Origin: a bacterium
GTDB lineage: Bacteria > ARS69
Assembly (NCBI GenBank): GCA_965216835.1
Contig: OZ244210.1
Coordinates: 237,907-301,906 of the forward strand
Reading direction: 5' to 3'
DNA: 64,000 bases
Below the pieces are notes generated by a model. That model was not told the DNA's origin. It saw nothing but the letters and a program-made list of their open reading frames with translations, and made no database searches. Below, piece by piece: positions 43,998 through 53,312 of this stretch (the first letter of the stretch is position 1; every line of letters starts with the position of its first letter). Position numbers and translations under genes: made by a program.

Positions 43998-45460
43998 GCC
44001 GACGGCCCGGACGCTTCCGTCCGTCTCTTCTCCCAGCGGAACCCGCCCGCGATCATCGCGCCGATGGCCATCGGGAGCAGACGCATCGTCAGCGTGGACC
44101 CCACCTTGTAGAACGAGCCGCGCGTCACCATCAGCACGAAGATGAACCCGGCCGCCAGCACGAACAGCGCGAACGGGTTGTGCGGGTGCGATCTCCCGTA
44201 CGTGGCTACGATGCGGCCGAAGAAGCCGAGCAGGAACAGCGCAGGGAAGATGCCGAGCAGTCCGTAGTTCAGGTACGCCTCGCCGATGGCTCCCGGGGGC
44301 GCCCCGCCGAACCGCCAGCCGTAGACCTGCTCCGCCAGGATGGAGCCGACGCCCTTCGGCTTCCCCTCCCAGATCCGTCGCGGCACCAGGTTCACGAAGT
44401 AGTGCAGGTAGGACGAACCCTCCAGGTGCGCGAGCTGCACCGGCGTGTAGTGCACGATGCTCAGCAGGTTGTCCATCATGTCGAAGTTGCGGCCGCCCAG
44501 CACGCCCGTGTAGAGCAGCTCCACGTCGGAGAAGTCCATCGACCGGATCTCGGACTCGTCGATGCCCTCGTGCGTGAGGTTCCGGTACTCGAAGTACATC
44601 GAGAAGAGGAGCATCCCCGCCGCCCCGATGAGGAACAGCGACTTGAGCCGCACGGGCCGATCCAGGAAGTGGCGGACGATGAGGATCATCGCGAGCACTT
44701 CCACCGCCCAGGCCCGGCTCCCGAGCAGCGCCAGCGCGATGCAGACGACGGCGGCGTGGACCCGGAACGAGAATCGCGCCCAGCGCGTCGGGCGACGGAT
44801 CACGAGGATCTGCCGGAACAGCAGGGCGATGGGCATCAGCCGGATCGCCATGTAGTAGAGGTGCATCCCGGACGACGTCTCCGTGCGGAGTTCCATGTTC
44901 GTCGCCAGGTAGAAGATCCCACCCGCGGAGCGGACGTAGAACAGATAGACGCCGCCGCCGATCAGCGTGAACAGGATCCACACGAGGCGGGTGCGCCCCA
45001 CGGACCAGACGGACGAGAACGCCGGCAGCCGCGCGCCGACGGCGGCTCCGAGACGGGCACCGTAGCCGGCATAGAACGAGACGACGCCGAGCAGGACCAG
45101 CGCAAGCCCGGTGGCCAGCAGGTCCAGCGCGTCGAGGCGGTCCAGCGGGATGTGGTAGAGGTCGCCGCGCTCGTACCAGAGCAGATGCGCGGATCGGAAG
45201 AGGTAGCCCATCCCCACGATCGCGGTGAACGCCACGACCGGATCGAACGGCTGCCAGGTGCCGCGGATCCCACGGACCACGTGCGGCAGGGCGAGCGCGC
45301 CGCCCAGCATCGCCAGCAGGAGGATCACCGTCGACGCCTCGGCGAAGCTGCGGAACGCGAGGTACGTGACCGCGAAGAACACGGCGCCGAAGACGGCGCT
45401 GCCCATCGGCAGGGATCGACGCGGGGAGGAGGCCGGAAGCGGCGGGGTCTGGACGCTCAT
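43994..45460 (-). CDS. O-antigen/oligosaccharide repeat-unit polymerase (Wzy-like)
   Basis: The ATG at 45460 overlaps the wzx-like stop (ATGA). This is a polytopic membrane protein of ~12 helices with a large loop, positioned directly after the flippase. The call rests on topology and context, not on a sharp motif. Confidence 0.6.
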   Translation of the reverse strand: MSVQTPPLPASSPRRSLPMGSAVFGAVFFAVTYLAFRSFAEASTVILLLAMLGGALALPHVVRGIRGTWQPFDPVVAFTAIVGMGYLFRSAHLLWYERGDLYHIPLDRLDALDLLATGLALVLLGVVSFYAGYGARLGAAVGARLPAFSSVWSVGRTRLVWILFTLIGGGVYLFYVRSAGGIFYLATNMELRTETSSGMHLYYMAIRLMPIALLFRQILVIRRPTRWARFSFRVHAAVVCIALALLGSRAWAVEVLAMILIVRHFLDRPVRLKSLFLIGAAGMLLFSMYFEYRNLTHEGIDESEIRSMDFSDVELLYTGVLGGRNFDMMDNLLSIVHYTPVQLAHLEGSSYLHYFVNLVPRRIWEGKPKGVGSILAEQVYGWRFGGAPPGAIGEAYLNYGLLGIFPALFLLGFFGRIVATYGRSHPHNPFALFVLAAGFIFVLMVTRGSFYKVGSTLTMRLLPMAIGAMIAGGFRWEKRRTEASGPSA

Positions 45461-46977
45461 CGTGCGCCTCCCCGTCCGCGCCGGCGTTCCAGCCAGCGAC
45501 GCTCCTCGTCCGCGAGGCCCAGCGCCATCAGCGTCCCGCCGTACACCGCGCTCATCAGAACGGCCCCCGTGACGAAGAACGGGAACGTGGACGGGAGAGC
45601 GAGCCGGAGGCCGACGCCGGCGACGGCCATCGCCGCGGCCGCGATCACCGGTTTGGCGCAGCTCCGCGACAGCGGCCAGATCCCGTACTTGCGTCGCACG
45701 GCGAGGATGCGCGAGGCGGCCACGCCCGTGAACGCGATCGCCGTGGCGATGGCGGCGCCGATGGCTCCGTAGCGGCTGATGAGCAGGAGGTTGAGAACGA
45801 CGTTGGCGCCGAGGCCGGTCAGCAGGATCCGGAGGTCGCGGTCCTGCTCGCCGGTCATCTGCAGGAACTGCATCGCCACGCCGCCGCCGAGGTTGGCGAC
45901 CTGCCCGGCCAGCAGCAGTCCCAGCAGGATCCATCCGCCCCGGAACGCGTCGCCGAACAACCCGAGCACGGCGTCGCCCCAGACCGCGGAGATGGTGACG
46001 AGCGGCAGCGCGACGAGCATCGTCCAGCGCGTGACGACGTGGTAGACGCGCGCCAGATCGTCGTGGCTGCGGCGATGGTCCAGCGCGGACACGAGCGGAG
46101 CGATCACGGGAGCCATCGCCCCCTGCACGACGCCGAGCTGCCGGCTCAGCCGGAACGCAGCGGCGTACAGGCCCACCGCGGCGGCGTCCGCGAAGTGCGC
46201 GAGCATCAGCTTGTCGATGTGGCCCATGAGGATGTAGCTGAATCCCACGAACAGGATCGGCAGGGAGACGCGCAGCAGTGAGCTCACCGGATAGGGCGCG
46301 GTGTCGGCCGCCGGCATCGAGGCCAGGAGACCGCGGTAGCGGACGAACGCGAACGTGGCGGCGGCCGCACAGGACGCGCCCCACGCCGCGACGATCGCCG
46401 GCAGGCCCAGTCCCAGGCCGACCGCCAGCGCGATCGCCCCGAGGAACAGTGTCGGCTGCAGGAGGTCGACCGTGATCACGTCCAGGTCGACGCGCTTCAT
46501 CGCCCACGCCCAGTACTGCGAAAGGATCAGCCACGCGTAGGCCGGAAGCCCGACGGCGAAGATCCGCAGCGGTGTCTTGAGCGCGGCGTCCGCCAGCCAG
46601 AGATCCGCGATCGCCGGAGCGGCGCTCCACAGGATCCACGCGGAGAGGAGTCCCGCGCCCAGGACGATCGCGTGGGAGACGCGGAAGCAGGCGCGCAGCG
46701 CGGCGTGGTCCTCGTCCTCCAGATGGCGCGCCCCGAACTTCACCACGCCGTTCTGCAGTCCGAGCAGGCTGAACTGCTTCATCACGTCGACGAAGGAGAA
46801 GCCCAGCGAGTAGAGACCGAAGCCCGTGGGACCCAGCACGCGGCCCAGGACGATCTGGAGGAGAAGCTGGAGCCCGCGGCCGGCGATGCGTCCCGGGCCG
46901 GTCCAGCGCAACGTCGCCGACATTCGGGCGGCGACGTCCGGAGCCGGCGCGGCGACCGTGGGAGGCGCGGTGGTCAT
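45457..46977 (-). CDS. Polysaccharide flippase, MOP/Wzx family
   Basis: 'GRGLQLLLQIVLGRVLGPTGFGLYSLGFSFVDVMKQFSLLGLQNGVVKF' is the typical Wzx N-terminus. About 12-14 helices are present. The ATG at 46977 overlaps the wzz-like stop (ATGA). Confidence 0.75.
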   Translation of the reverse strand: MTTAPPTVAAPAPDVAARMSATLRWTGPGRIAGRGLQLLLQIVLGRVLGPTGFGLYSLGFSFVDVMKQFSLLGLQNGVVKFGARHLEDEDHAALRACFRVSHAIVLGAGLLSAWILWSAAPAIADLWLADAALKTPLRIFAVGLPAYAWLILSQYWAWAMKRVDLDVITVDLLQPTLFLGAIALAVGLGLGLPAIVAAWGASCAAAATFAFVRYRGLLASMPAADTAPYPVSSLLRVSLPILFVGFSYILMGHIDKLMLAHFADAAAVGLYAAAFRLSRQLGVVQGAMAPVIAPLVSALDHRRSHDDLARVYHVVTRWTMLVALPLVTISAVWGDAVLGLFGDAFRGGWILLGLLLAGQVANLGGGVAMQFLQMTGEQDRDLRILLTGLGANVVLNLLLISRYGAIGAAIATAIAFTGVAASRILAVRRKYGIWPLSRSCAKPVIAAAAMAVAGVGLRLALPSTFPFFVTGAVLMSAVYGGTLMALGLADEERRWLERRRGRGGAR

Positions 46978-48122
46978 GTCCGCGAAAGGCGTCGGCGAAT
47001 CCGCTCGAAGTCCGCGCCGAACGGGCGCAGGGCGTCGGCCAGCGTGGGCGCCAGGGTCAGCGCGGTCCGCGCGACGATCCAGGAGACGGCGGCGAAGAGC
47101 GCCAGCACCAGCCCCATTGTGACCACGAGGATCTTGTTGGGGTGACTCGGCCGCACCGGCGGGCGCGCCTCGTCCAGCACGCGCAGCACCGGCGTGTTCT
47201 TGACCTCCTCGATCTTGGCGATCTCCTTCTGCTTCATCAGCTCCAGGAAGATCTGCTCCTGGATGAGGAGGTCGCGCTGCAGCCGCTCCTGGCGCAGCAG
47301 CAGTTCGGGAGAGTCCGTGACGCGGCGGTTCGTCTCGCGGAAGTGCGTGATCGCGTTCTCGGCCCGAGTCAGATCGGCGGTCACGACGTCCAGGCGATCG
47401 TCCAGGAAGGCGCGGTTCTTCCCGCCCTCCTGGCTGCGCATGGTGATGAGGAACGACTCCAGCCGCTCCACCAGCCGGTTCCCGACGGCCGCCGCCAGCT
47501 CCGCATCGTCCAGCGTGATCATCAGCGTCACGACGCCGGTCTCGCTGTCCTTGCTGGCCCGCAGCACGTTCTCGCGCACGTTCGCCACGGCGCGACTCAG
47601 ATGCTGGGCCTCGCTGAGGTCCTTCCGCTCCACCAGGTGCTCGGCCAGCATCACCGGCGCCTCGCCCGGCATCGGCGGGAACTCCTCGCGGAGGAGATCG
47701 CGCAGCAGCCGGTCGCTGGTGAGGATGGTCGGGTAGAGGTCGGACTGGCTCATCGCCCCGAACGGCAACGCAAAGCCGAACGACGAGGCGATGCCCGAGA
47801 GCTGCGACGGGAATCCCTGCTCCGCGTCCTCGGTGGGGAGGAGGACGGCCTTGGCCGTGTACTTCTCCGGCAGGACGAGCGCGAGAGCCGCGGCCGCGAT
47901 CATCGCCCCGCCCACGAACGCGACGATCCTCCAGCGGGCATCCACCAGGGCGCGGGCGTACGCGCCCAGCTCCCGCTCGGAGAGGATGGGCTCCGTGTCC
48001 AGGATCCGGTCCGGAACCGAGCGTTCCCCCTCGGGTACGGAGTGGGGACGGCTCTCGGGCGGAGTCTGGGTGTGGGTCGCCACTTGCGAAACCTCGCGGA
48101 TGGGGGACTCGGGCTCTCTCAT
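46974..48122 (-). CDS. Polysaccharide chain-length determinant (Wzz/PCP) protein, no kinase domain
   Basis: 'LGAYARALVDARWRIVAFVGGAMIAAAALALVLPEKYTAKAVLLP' is a Wzz N-terminal domain with TM1. A coiled-coil middle region is followed by the C-terminal TM 'ILVVTMGLVLALFAAVSWIV'. Confidence 0.75.
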   Translation of the reverse strand: MREPESPIREVSQVATHTQTPPESRPHSVPEGERSVPDRILDTEPILSERELGAYARALVDARWRIVAFVGGAMIAAAALALVLPEKYTAKAVLLPTEDAEQGFPSQLSGIASSFGFALPFGAMSQSDLYPTILTSDRLLRDLLREEFPPMPGEAPVMLAEHLVERKDLSEAQHLSRAVANVRENVLRASKDSETGVVTLMITLDDAELAAAVGNRLVERLESFLITMRSQEGGKNRAFLDDRLDVVTADLTRAENAITHFRETNRRVTDSPELLLRQERLQRDLLIQEQIFLELMKQKEIAKIEEVKNTPVLRVLDEARPPVRPSHPNKILVVTMGLVLALFAAVSWIVARTALTLAPTLADALRPFGADFERIRRRLSRT

Positions 48123-48235
48123 GGTTTCGTGACCCGGGAGCGGGATCTTTAGCCGAGTTTTGCGCTTCCCGGCCGGGAGGCGCCCGGGCGACGGGCCGTG
48201 CGGGGTCGTGTATCCTGCCGGCCGGGAGGAGCCTC

Positions 48236-48535
48236 ATGGTCACGCGAGAACAGGTCCTGCACGTCGCGCGCCTGGCCCGGCTGGCGCTGAGCGAGGAGGA
48301 GGCCGACCGCTTCGCGCCCCAGCTCGCCCGGATCCTGGACTACGTGGATCTGCTGGACGAGGCCGCCGGGGAGGGCGATCCGCCCGAGCCCCGGGAGACC
48401 CCGCTCGCGGCCGAGACGCGGCCGGACGAGCCCGGAGAGTGCCTTCCGCGCGAGCGGGCGCTGGCCCTGGCCCCCCGGGCGGACGACGAGACGTTCCGGG
48501 TCCCGCCGGTTCTCGAGGGCGGGGGAGCCGCGTGA
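48236..48535 (+). CDS. gatC: Glu/Asp-tRNA amidotransferase subunit C
   Basis: 'VTREQVLHVARLARLALSEEEADRFAPQLARILDYVDLL' matches GatC. A GGGAGGAG Shine-Dalgarno sequence precedes the ATG. Confidence 0.9.
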   Translation: MVTREQVLHVARLARLALSEEEADRFAPQLARILDYVDLLDEAAGEGDPPEPRETPLAAETRPDEPGECLPRERALALAPRADDETFRVPPVLEGGGAA

Positions 48536-50001
48536 GACCGGCGCTCCGCCCCGTGGAGGAGCTGGCCGAGGCGCTGGCCGCGGGGGACCTGACCTCCGCG
48601 GCGATCGTGGAGGACGGCCTGGCGGCCATCGCCCGCACGGACGATGTCCTGGGCGCGATGCTCCACGTCGACGCGTCCGGCGCGCGCGTCGCGGCCGCCG
48701 CCTCCGACCAGCGTCGTGGCCGCGGCGAGTCCCTCGGTCCGCTCGACGGCATCCCGGTGATCGTGAAGGACAACATCGACGTGGAGGGCCTGCCCACCAC
48801 TTGCGCGTCGCGGATGCTGGAGGGCTACGTCCCCGTCCGCGACGCCACGGCCGTCGCCCGCCTGCGTGCCGCCGGCGCCGTGATCCTCGGCAAGGCGAAC
48901 CTGGACGAGTTCGCGATGGGCAGCTCCAACGAGCACTCCGCCTTCGGCCCGGCGCGCAATCCTCACGACGTCGATCGCGTGCCGGGCGGATCGTCCGGCG
49001 GGTCGTGCGTGGCCGTCGCGGCGGGGTACGCTCCGCTCGCGCTCGGCTCCGACACCGGCGGCTCCGTGCGGCTGCCGGCCTCGTGGTGCGGCGTCGTCGG
49101 GATGAAGCCCACCTACGGCCGGGTGTCGCGCAGCGGGCTCGTCGCGTTCGGCAGCTCCCTGGACCAGATCGGTCCGGTGACGAGATCCGCGCGCGGCACG
49201 GCCCTGGCGCTCGCGGCGCTCTCCGGTCCGGATCCCGCGGACGCCACGACCCGGCCGGACGATCCGGATCCCGCGGCCGCGCTGGACGAAGGCGTCGACG
49301 GACTGCGCGTGGGCGTGGCCCGCCATCTCTTCCGAGAGGGGTGCGACGACGCCGTCCTGGACCGCACGGAGAAGGCAGTGGCCGCGCTGGCGGCGGCCGG
49401 CGCCCGCGTGACCGACGTGGAGATCCCGCGCGCCCGCTTCGGCGTGGCGGCGTACTACGTCATCGCGTCCGCGGAGGCGTCGTCCAACCTCGCACGCTTC
49501 GACGGCGTGCGGTACGGACACCGGTCGGCGGACGCGCGCACGCTGGAGGAGCTGTACGTCGGCAGCCGCAGCGAGGGCTTCGGCGACGAGGTGAAGCGGC
49601 GCATCCTGATCGGCACGTACGTTCTTTCCGCCGGCTACGCGGATCGCTACTACCACCGCGCGCAGGGCGTGCGCGATCACCTGCGCCGGGACTTCGACCG
49701 GGCGTTCGAGACGGTGGACGTCGTCGTGTCGCCGGTCGCGCCGACCGTCGCGTTTCCGCTGGGCGATCGCTCCGAGGACCCGCTGGCGATGTACCTCCTG
49801 GACCTGTTCACGATCCCCGCCAACCTCGCCGGCATCCCAGCCGTCTCCGTTCCGATCGGGCGGGCCGGCTCGATGCCGGTCGGGCTCCAGATCCAGGCGC
49901 CCGCCGGCGCCGACGGCACGGCGCTGCGGGCGGCCGCCGGGCTGGAGCGGGCGATCGGGCCGGCCGCGCCGCCGGCGCTCGCGACGGGAGAGAACTCGTG
50001 A
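48532..50001 (+). CDS. gatA: Glu/Asp-tRNA amidotransferase subunit A
   Basis: The GTG at 48532 overlaps the gatC stop (GTGA). 'LDGIPVIVKDNIDVEGLPTTCASRML' and the amidase signature 'GGSSGGSCVAVAAG...LGSDTGGSVRLPAS' are present. Confidence 0.95.
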   Translation: MRPALRPVEELAEALAAGDLTSAAIVEDGLAAIARTDDVLGAMLHVDASGARVAAAASDQRRGRGESLGPLDGIPVIVKDNIDVEGLPTTCASRMLEGYVPVRDATAVARLRAAGAVILGKANLDEFAMGSSNEHSAFGPARNPHDVDRVPGGSSGGSCVAVAAGYAPLALGSDTGGSVRLPASWCGVVGMKPTYGRVSRSGLVAFGSSLDQIGPVTRSARGTALALAALSGPDPADATTRPDDPDPAAALDEGVDGLRVGVARHLFREGCDDAVLDRTEKAVAALAAAGARVTDVEIPRARFGVAAYYVIASAEASSNLARFDGVRYGHRSADARTLEELYVGSRSEGFGDEVKRRILIGTYVLSAGYADRYYHRAQGVRDHLRRDFDRAFETVDVVVSPVAPTVAFPLGDRSEDPLAMYLLDLFTIPANLAGIPAVSVPIGRAGSMPVGLQIQAPAGADGTALRAAAGLERAIGPAAPPALATGENS

Positions 50002-51440
50002 GCGGGTGGGAGATCGTCGTGGGGCTGGAGGTGCACGTGCAGCTCCAGACGCGGACGAAGCTGTTCTGCGCCTGCCCGAACCGGTTCGGCGATCCTCCCA
50101 ACACGAACGTCTGCCCGGTGTGCCTGGGGCATCCGGGCGCGCTGCCGGTCACGAACGCCGCGGCCGCCGAGCGCGCGCTGCGGCTCTGCCTGGCGCTCGG
50201 CTGCGACGTGGGTGACGTCTCCGTATTCGCGCGGAAGAACTACTTCTATCCGGACCTCCCCAAGGGCTACCAGATCTCGCAGTTCGACCGGCCGCTGGCG
50301 CTCGGCGGCGCCGTCCCGATCGAGATCGACGGGCGGCCGGCCTCGGTGCCGCTCACCCGGATCCACCTGGAGGAGGACGCGGGCAAGTCGCTGCACGACG
50401 AGGCCGCCCACACCGCCGACACCCGCATCGACCTGAACCGGTGCGGCACGCCGCTCATCGAGATCGTGTCGGAGCCGGCGATGCGAACGTCCGAGGAGGC
50501 CGGCGCCTATCTCGAGTCGATGCGTCGCCTCGTGCGCTGGCTCGACGTCTCGGACGGCGACATGAGCCAGGGCAGCCTGCGCTGCGACGCGAACGTGTCC
50601 GTGCGTCGGCGGGGCGAGCCGCTGGGGACGAAGACCGAGGTCAAGAACCTCAACAGCATCAAGATGGTGGAGCGCGCCATCGACGTGGAGGCGCGCCGGC
50701 AGATCGGCGTGCTGGAGGGCGGCGGATCGGTGCAGCAGGCCACGCTCCTCTGGGACGACGATCACGGCGAGGTGCGGGTGATGCGCACGAAGGAGGATGC
50801 GGACGACTACCGCTACTTTCCCGAGCCCGACCTCCCGCCGCTGCGCACACCCCGCGAGTTCCGCGACCGCGTCGCGACGGAGCTGCCGGAGCTGCCGCAC
50901 GCGCGGCGCGACCGGTTCGTGTCCGGGCTGGGGCTTCCGGAGTACGACGCCGGCGTGCTGACGGAGTCGCGCCCGCTCGCCGACCTGTTCGAGCGGACCG
51001 CGGAGCGCGTGGGCGATGCCAAGCTGGCCAGCAACTGGACGATGGGCGAGGTGCTGCGCGTGACGAAGGAGCGCGGCCTGGACGCGGCCGATTTCCCCCT
51101 TTCGCCCGACGCGCTGGCCGAGCTGCTGACCCTGGTCCGCGACGACGTGATCTCCGGCGGCACGGCCAAGAGGGTCTTCGCCGCCATGCTGGAGAGCGGG
51201 GACGGTGCACGGACCATCGTCGACCGGGAGGGACTGGCGCAGGTCTCCGACGAGGGCGCGCTGGAGGCCTGGGTGGCCGATGTCGTCCAAAATCACCCCG
51301 AACAGGGTGCTCAATTCCGCGACGGCAACGAGAAAGTCGTCGGCTTCCTCGTCGGGGCGGTCATGAAGGCCAGTGGTGGGAAGGCCAATCCCAAGCGGGC
51401 CCGCGAGCTCCTGATCGAGCGCCTGCAGGCGGAAGGGTGA
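49998..51440 (+). CDS. gatB: Glu/Asp-tRNA amidotransferase subunit B
   Basis: The GTG at 49998 overlaps the gatA stop (GTGA). 'WEIVVGLEVHVQLQTRTKLFC', 'NTNVCPVCLGHPGALPV', 'KNYFYPDLPKGYQISQ' and 'HLEEDAGKS' are present. Confidence 0.95.
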   Translation: MSGWEIVVGLEVHVQLQTRTKLFCACPNRFGDPPNTNVCPVCLGHPGALPVTNAAAAERALRLCLALGCDVGDVSVFARKNYFYPDLPKGYQISQFDRPLALGGAVPIEIDGRPASVPLTRIHLEEDAGKSLHDEAAHTADTRIDLNRCGTPLIEIVSEPAMRTSEEAGAYLESMRRLVRWLDVSDGDMSQGSLRCDANVSVRRRGEPLGTKTEVKNLNSIKMVERAIDVEARRQIGVLEGGGSVQQATLLWDDDHGEVRVMRTKEDADDYRYFPEPDLPPLRTPREFRDRVATELPELPHARRDRFVSGLGLPEYDAGVLTESRPLADLFERTAERVGDAKLASNWTMGEVLRVTKERGLDAADFPLSPDALAELLTLVRDDVISGGTAKRVFAAMLESGDGARTIVDREGLAQVSDEGALEAWVADVVQNHPEQGAQFRDGNEKVVGFLVGAVMKASGGKANPKRARELLIERLQAEG

Positions 51441-51958
51441 TCGGGCGGCCGCGGCGGATCGCCGTCGCGCTCCTGGCGGCGGCCGGGCTGGCTGGCCTCG
51501 GCTGCTCCCCCAAGCCGATCTTCCGGGGCGATCCGGCGGGCGAGCGCGAGGCTCCCGCTCCCGTCCGCGGTCCCTCTCTCCGCGTCGCCGACCCGCGGAT
51601 CGAGGAGATCGCGTCCTCCTGGCTCGGCACGCCCTATCGCTACGGAGGCACCGACGAGCGGGGGCTGGACTGCTCCGCCCTCGTCCAGAACGTGTTCGCC
51701 GACCTGGGCGTGCGCCTGCCCCGGACCACGAAGGCTCAGCGGGCCGTCGGCACAGCGGTGTCCGTCCGGACCGCCCGCCCCGGCGACCTTCTCTTCTTCG
51801 CTCTGGAATCGGGCCGCGTGAATCACGTCGGGATCCTCCTGGGGCCCGACCGGTTCGTTCACGCCTCCTCCTCGCGGGGGGTGGTGGTCGATCGCCTCAT
51901 GGACGATTATTTCCGCCGCCGGCTCGTCGAGGCTCGACGGGTCCTCCCGGGTCCGTAA
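51437..51958 (+). CDS. NlpC/P60 family peptidoglycan endopeptidase lipoprotein
   Basis: The GTG at 51437 overlaps the gatB stop (GTGA). The lipobox is 'LAGLGCS'. 'GTPYRYGGTDERGLDCSALVQNVF' (catalytic Cys) and 'GDLLFF...VNHVGILLG...FVHASS' (His) are present. Confidence 0.9.
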   Translation: MIGRPRRIAVALLAAAGLAGLGCSPKPIFRGDPAGEREAPAPVRGPSLRVADPRIEEIASSWLGTPYRYGGTDERGLDCSALVQNVFADLGVRLPRTTKAQRAVGTAVSVRTARPGDLLFFALESGRVNHVGILLGPDRFVHASSSRGVVVDRLMDDYFRRRLVEARRVLPGP

Positions 51959-52002
51959 TCTTGGGGGACCGCCCGACGGCGGCACCTGACCGGAGGAAGC
52001 GC

Positions 52003-53310
52003 GTGAACGTCCTGATTCTCGGCGGGGGAGGTCGCGAGCACGCGATCACGTGGGCGCTGTCCCGCAGCCCCGAGGCCGATCGCCTGATCTGCGCGCCCGG
52101 CAACGCCGGCACCGGGCGACTGGCGGAGAACGTGTCCCTGGACGCCTCGTCCGGGACGAAGGTGGCGGAGTTCTGTCGCCGCGAGGAAGTCGATCTCGTG
52201 GTCGTCGGTCCGGAGGCGCCGCTGGTGGCCGGCGTGGCCGACGAGCTGCGGCGCGAGAACGTCGCCGTGTTCGGCCCCGACGCCGCCGGCGCTCGCCTGG
52301 AGGGCAGCAAGGCCTTCGCCAAGGAGATCATGGAGGCCGAGGGCGTGCCCACCGCGCGCGCCGCCACCGTGCGTTCCGTGACGGAGGCCGCCAAGGCGCT
52401 GGAGTGGCTGGGCGATCGCGTCGCCGTGAAGGCCGACGGCCTGGCCGCGGGCAAGGGCGTCGTCATGGCCGAGGACAAGGAGACCGCGCGCGAGACGGTG
52501 CGCCGCTTCGTGGAGGACGGCGTCTTCGGCGAGGCGGGCGCGCAGGTCGTGCTGGAGGAATGGTTGGAGGGCGAGGAGGTCTCGCTCATCGCCTTCGTCG
52601 ACGGCGAGACGGTTCGCCCGCTCGTTCCCAGCCAGGACCACAAGCGCGCGTACGACGGAGACCGCGGTCCCAACACCGGCGGCATGGGCGCGTACGCGCC
52701 GTACCCGGGACTGACCGCCGCGGACCTGGAGCGCGCGGTGGACACGTGCCTTCGCCCGGTGACGGCGGGGCTTCGCCGGCGCGGCATCGACTTCCGCGGC
52801 GTGCTGTACGCCGGCCTGATGATCGGGCCGGACGGACCGAAGGTGCTGGAGTACAACGTGCGCTTCGGCGATCCGGAGACGCAGGTGATCCTGCCGCTCT
52901 TCGACGGCGATCTGCTCCAGACCATGAACGCCGTCGCGCGCGGCGAGCTGGCGTCGGCACCGTCCGTGTCCGTGTCCGGCCGGAGCGCGATGACCGTCGT
53001 GGCGGCGTCGGCCGGGTATCCGGAGTCGTCGGACCGGGGACGCGTCATCAGCGGCGTCGAGGAGCCGGACGACCGCGGCGACGTGATCGTCTTTCACGCG
53101 GGCACCACGCGCCGGGACGACGGTTCCGTGGTCACGGCCGGCGGCCGGGTGCTCGCGGTGACCGGACTGGGCGACACCCTCGCCGACGCCCGTCGTGTTG
53201 CCTACGACGCGCTGGGCGGGATCGGGTTCGAGGGAATGCACCACCGCGCCGACATCGGCGCGCGGACGCTCGGCAACGTCGGCGCTGCGCCGGGAGGAGG
53301 AGGCGCGTGA
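52003..53310 (+). CDS. purD: Phosphoribosylamine--glycine ligase
   Basis: 'VNVLILGGGGREHAITWAL', 'APGNAGT', 'LVVVGPEAPLVAG', 'VKADGLAAGKGV' and 'LYAGLMI...GPKVLEYNVRFGDPE' are present. A GGAGGAAG Shine-Dalgarno sequence precedes the GTG at 52003. Confidence 0.95.
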   Translation: MNVLILGGGGREHAITWALSRSPEADRLICAPGNAGTGRLAENVSLDASSGTKVAEFCRREEVDLVVVGPEAPLVAGVADELRRENVAVFGPDAAGARLEGSKAFAKEIMEAEGVPTARAATVRSVTEAAKALEWLGDRVAVKADGLAAGKGVVMAEDKETARETVRRFVEDGVFGEAGAQVVLEEWLEGEEVSLIAFVDGETVRPLVPSQDHKRAYDGDRGPNTGGMGAYAPYPGLTAADLERAVDTCLRPVTAGLRRRGIDFRGVLYAGLMIGPDGPKVLEYNVRFGDPETQVILPLFDGDLLQTMNAVARGELASAPSVSVSGRSAMTVVAASAGYPESSDRGRVISGVEEPDDRGDVIVFHAGTTRRDDGSVVTAGGRVLAVTGLGDTLADARRVAYDALGGIGFEGMHHRADIGARTLGNVGAAPGGGGA

Positions 53311-53312
53311 CG

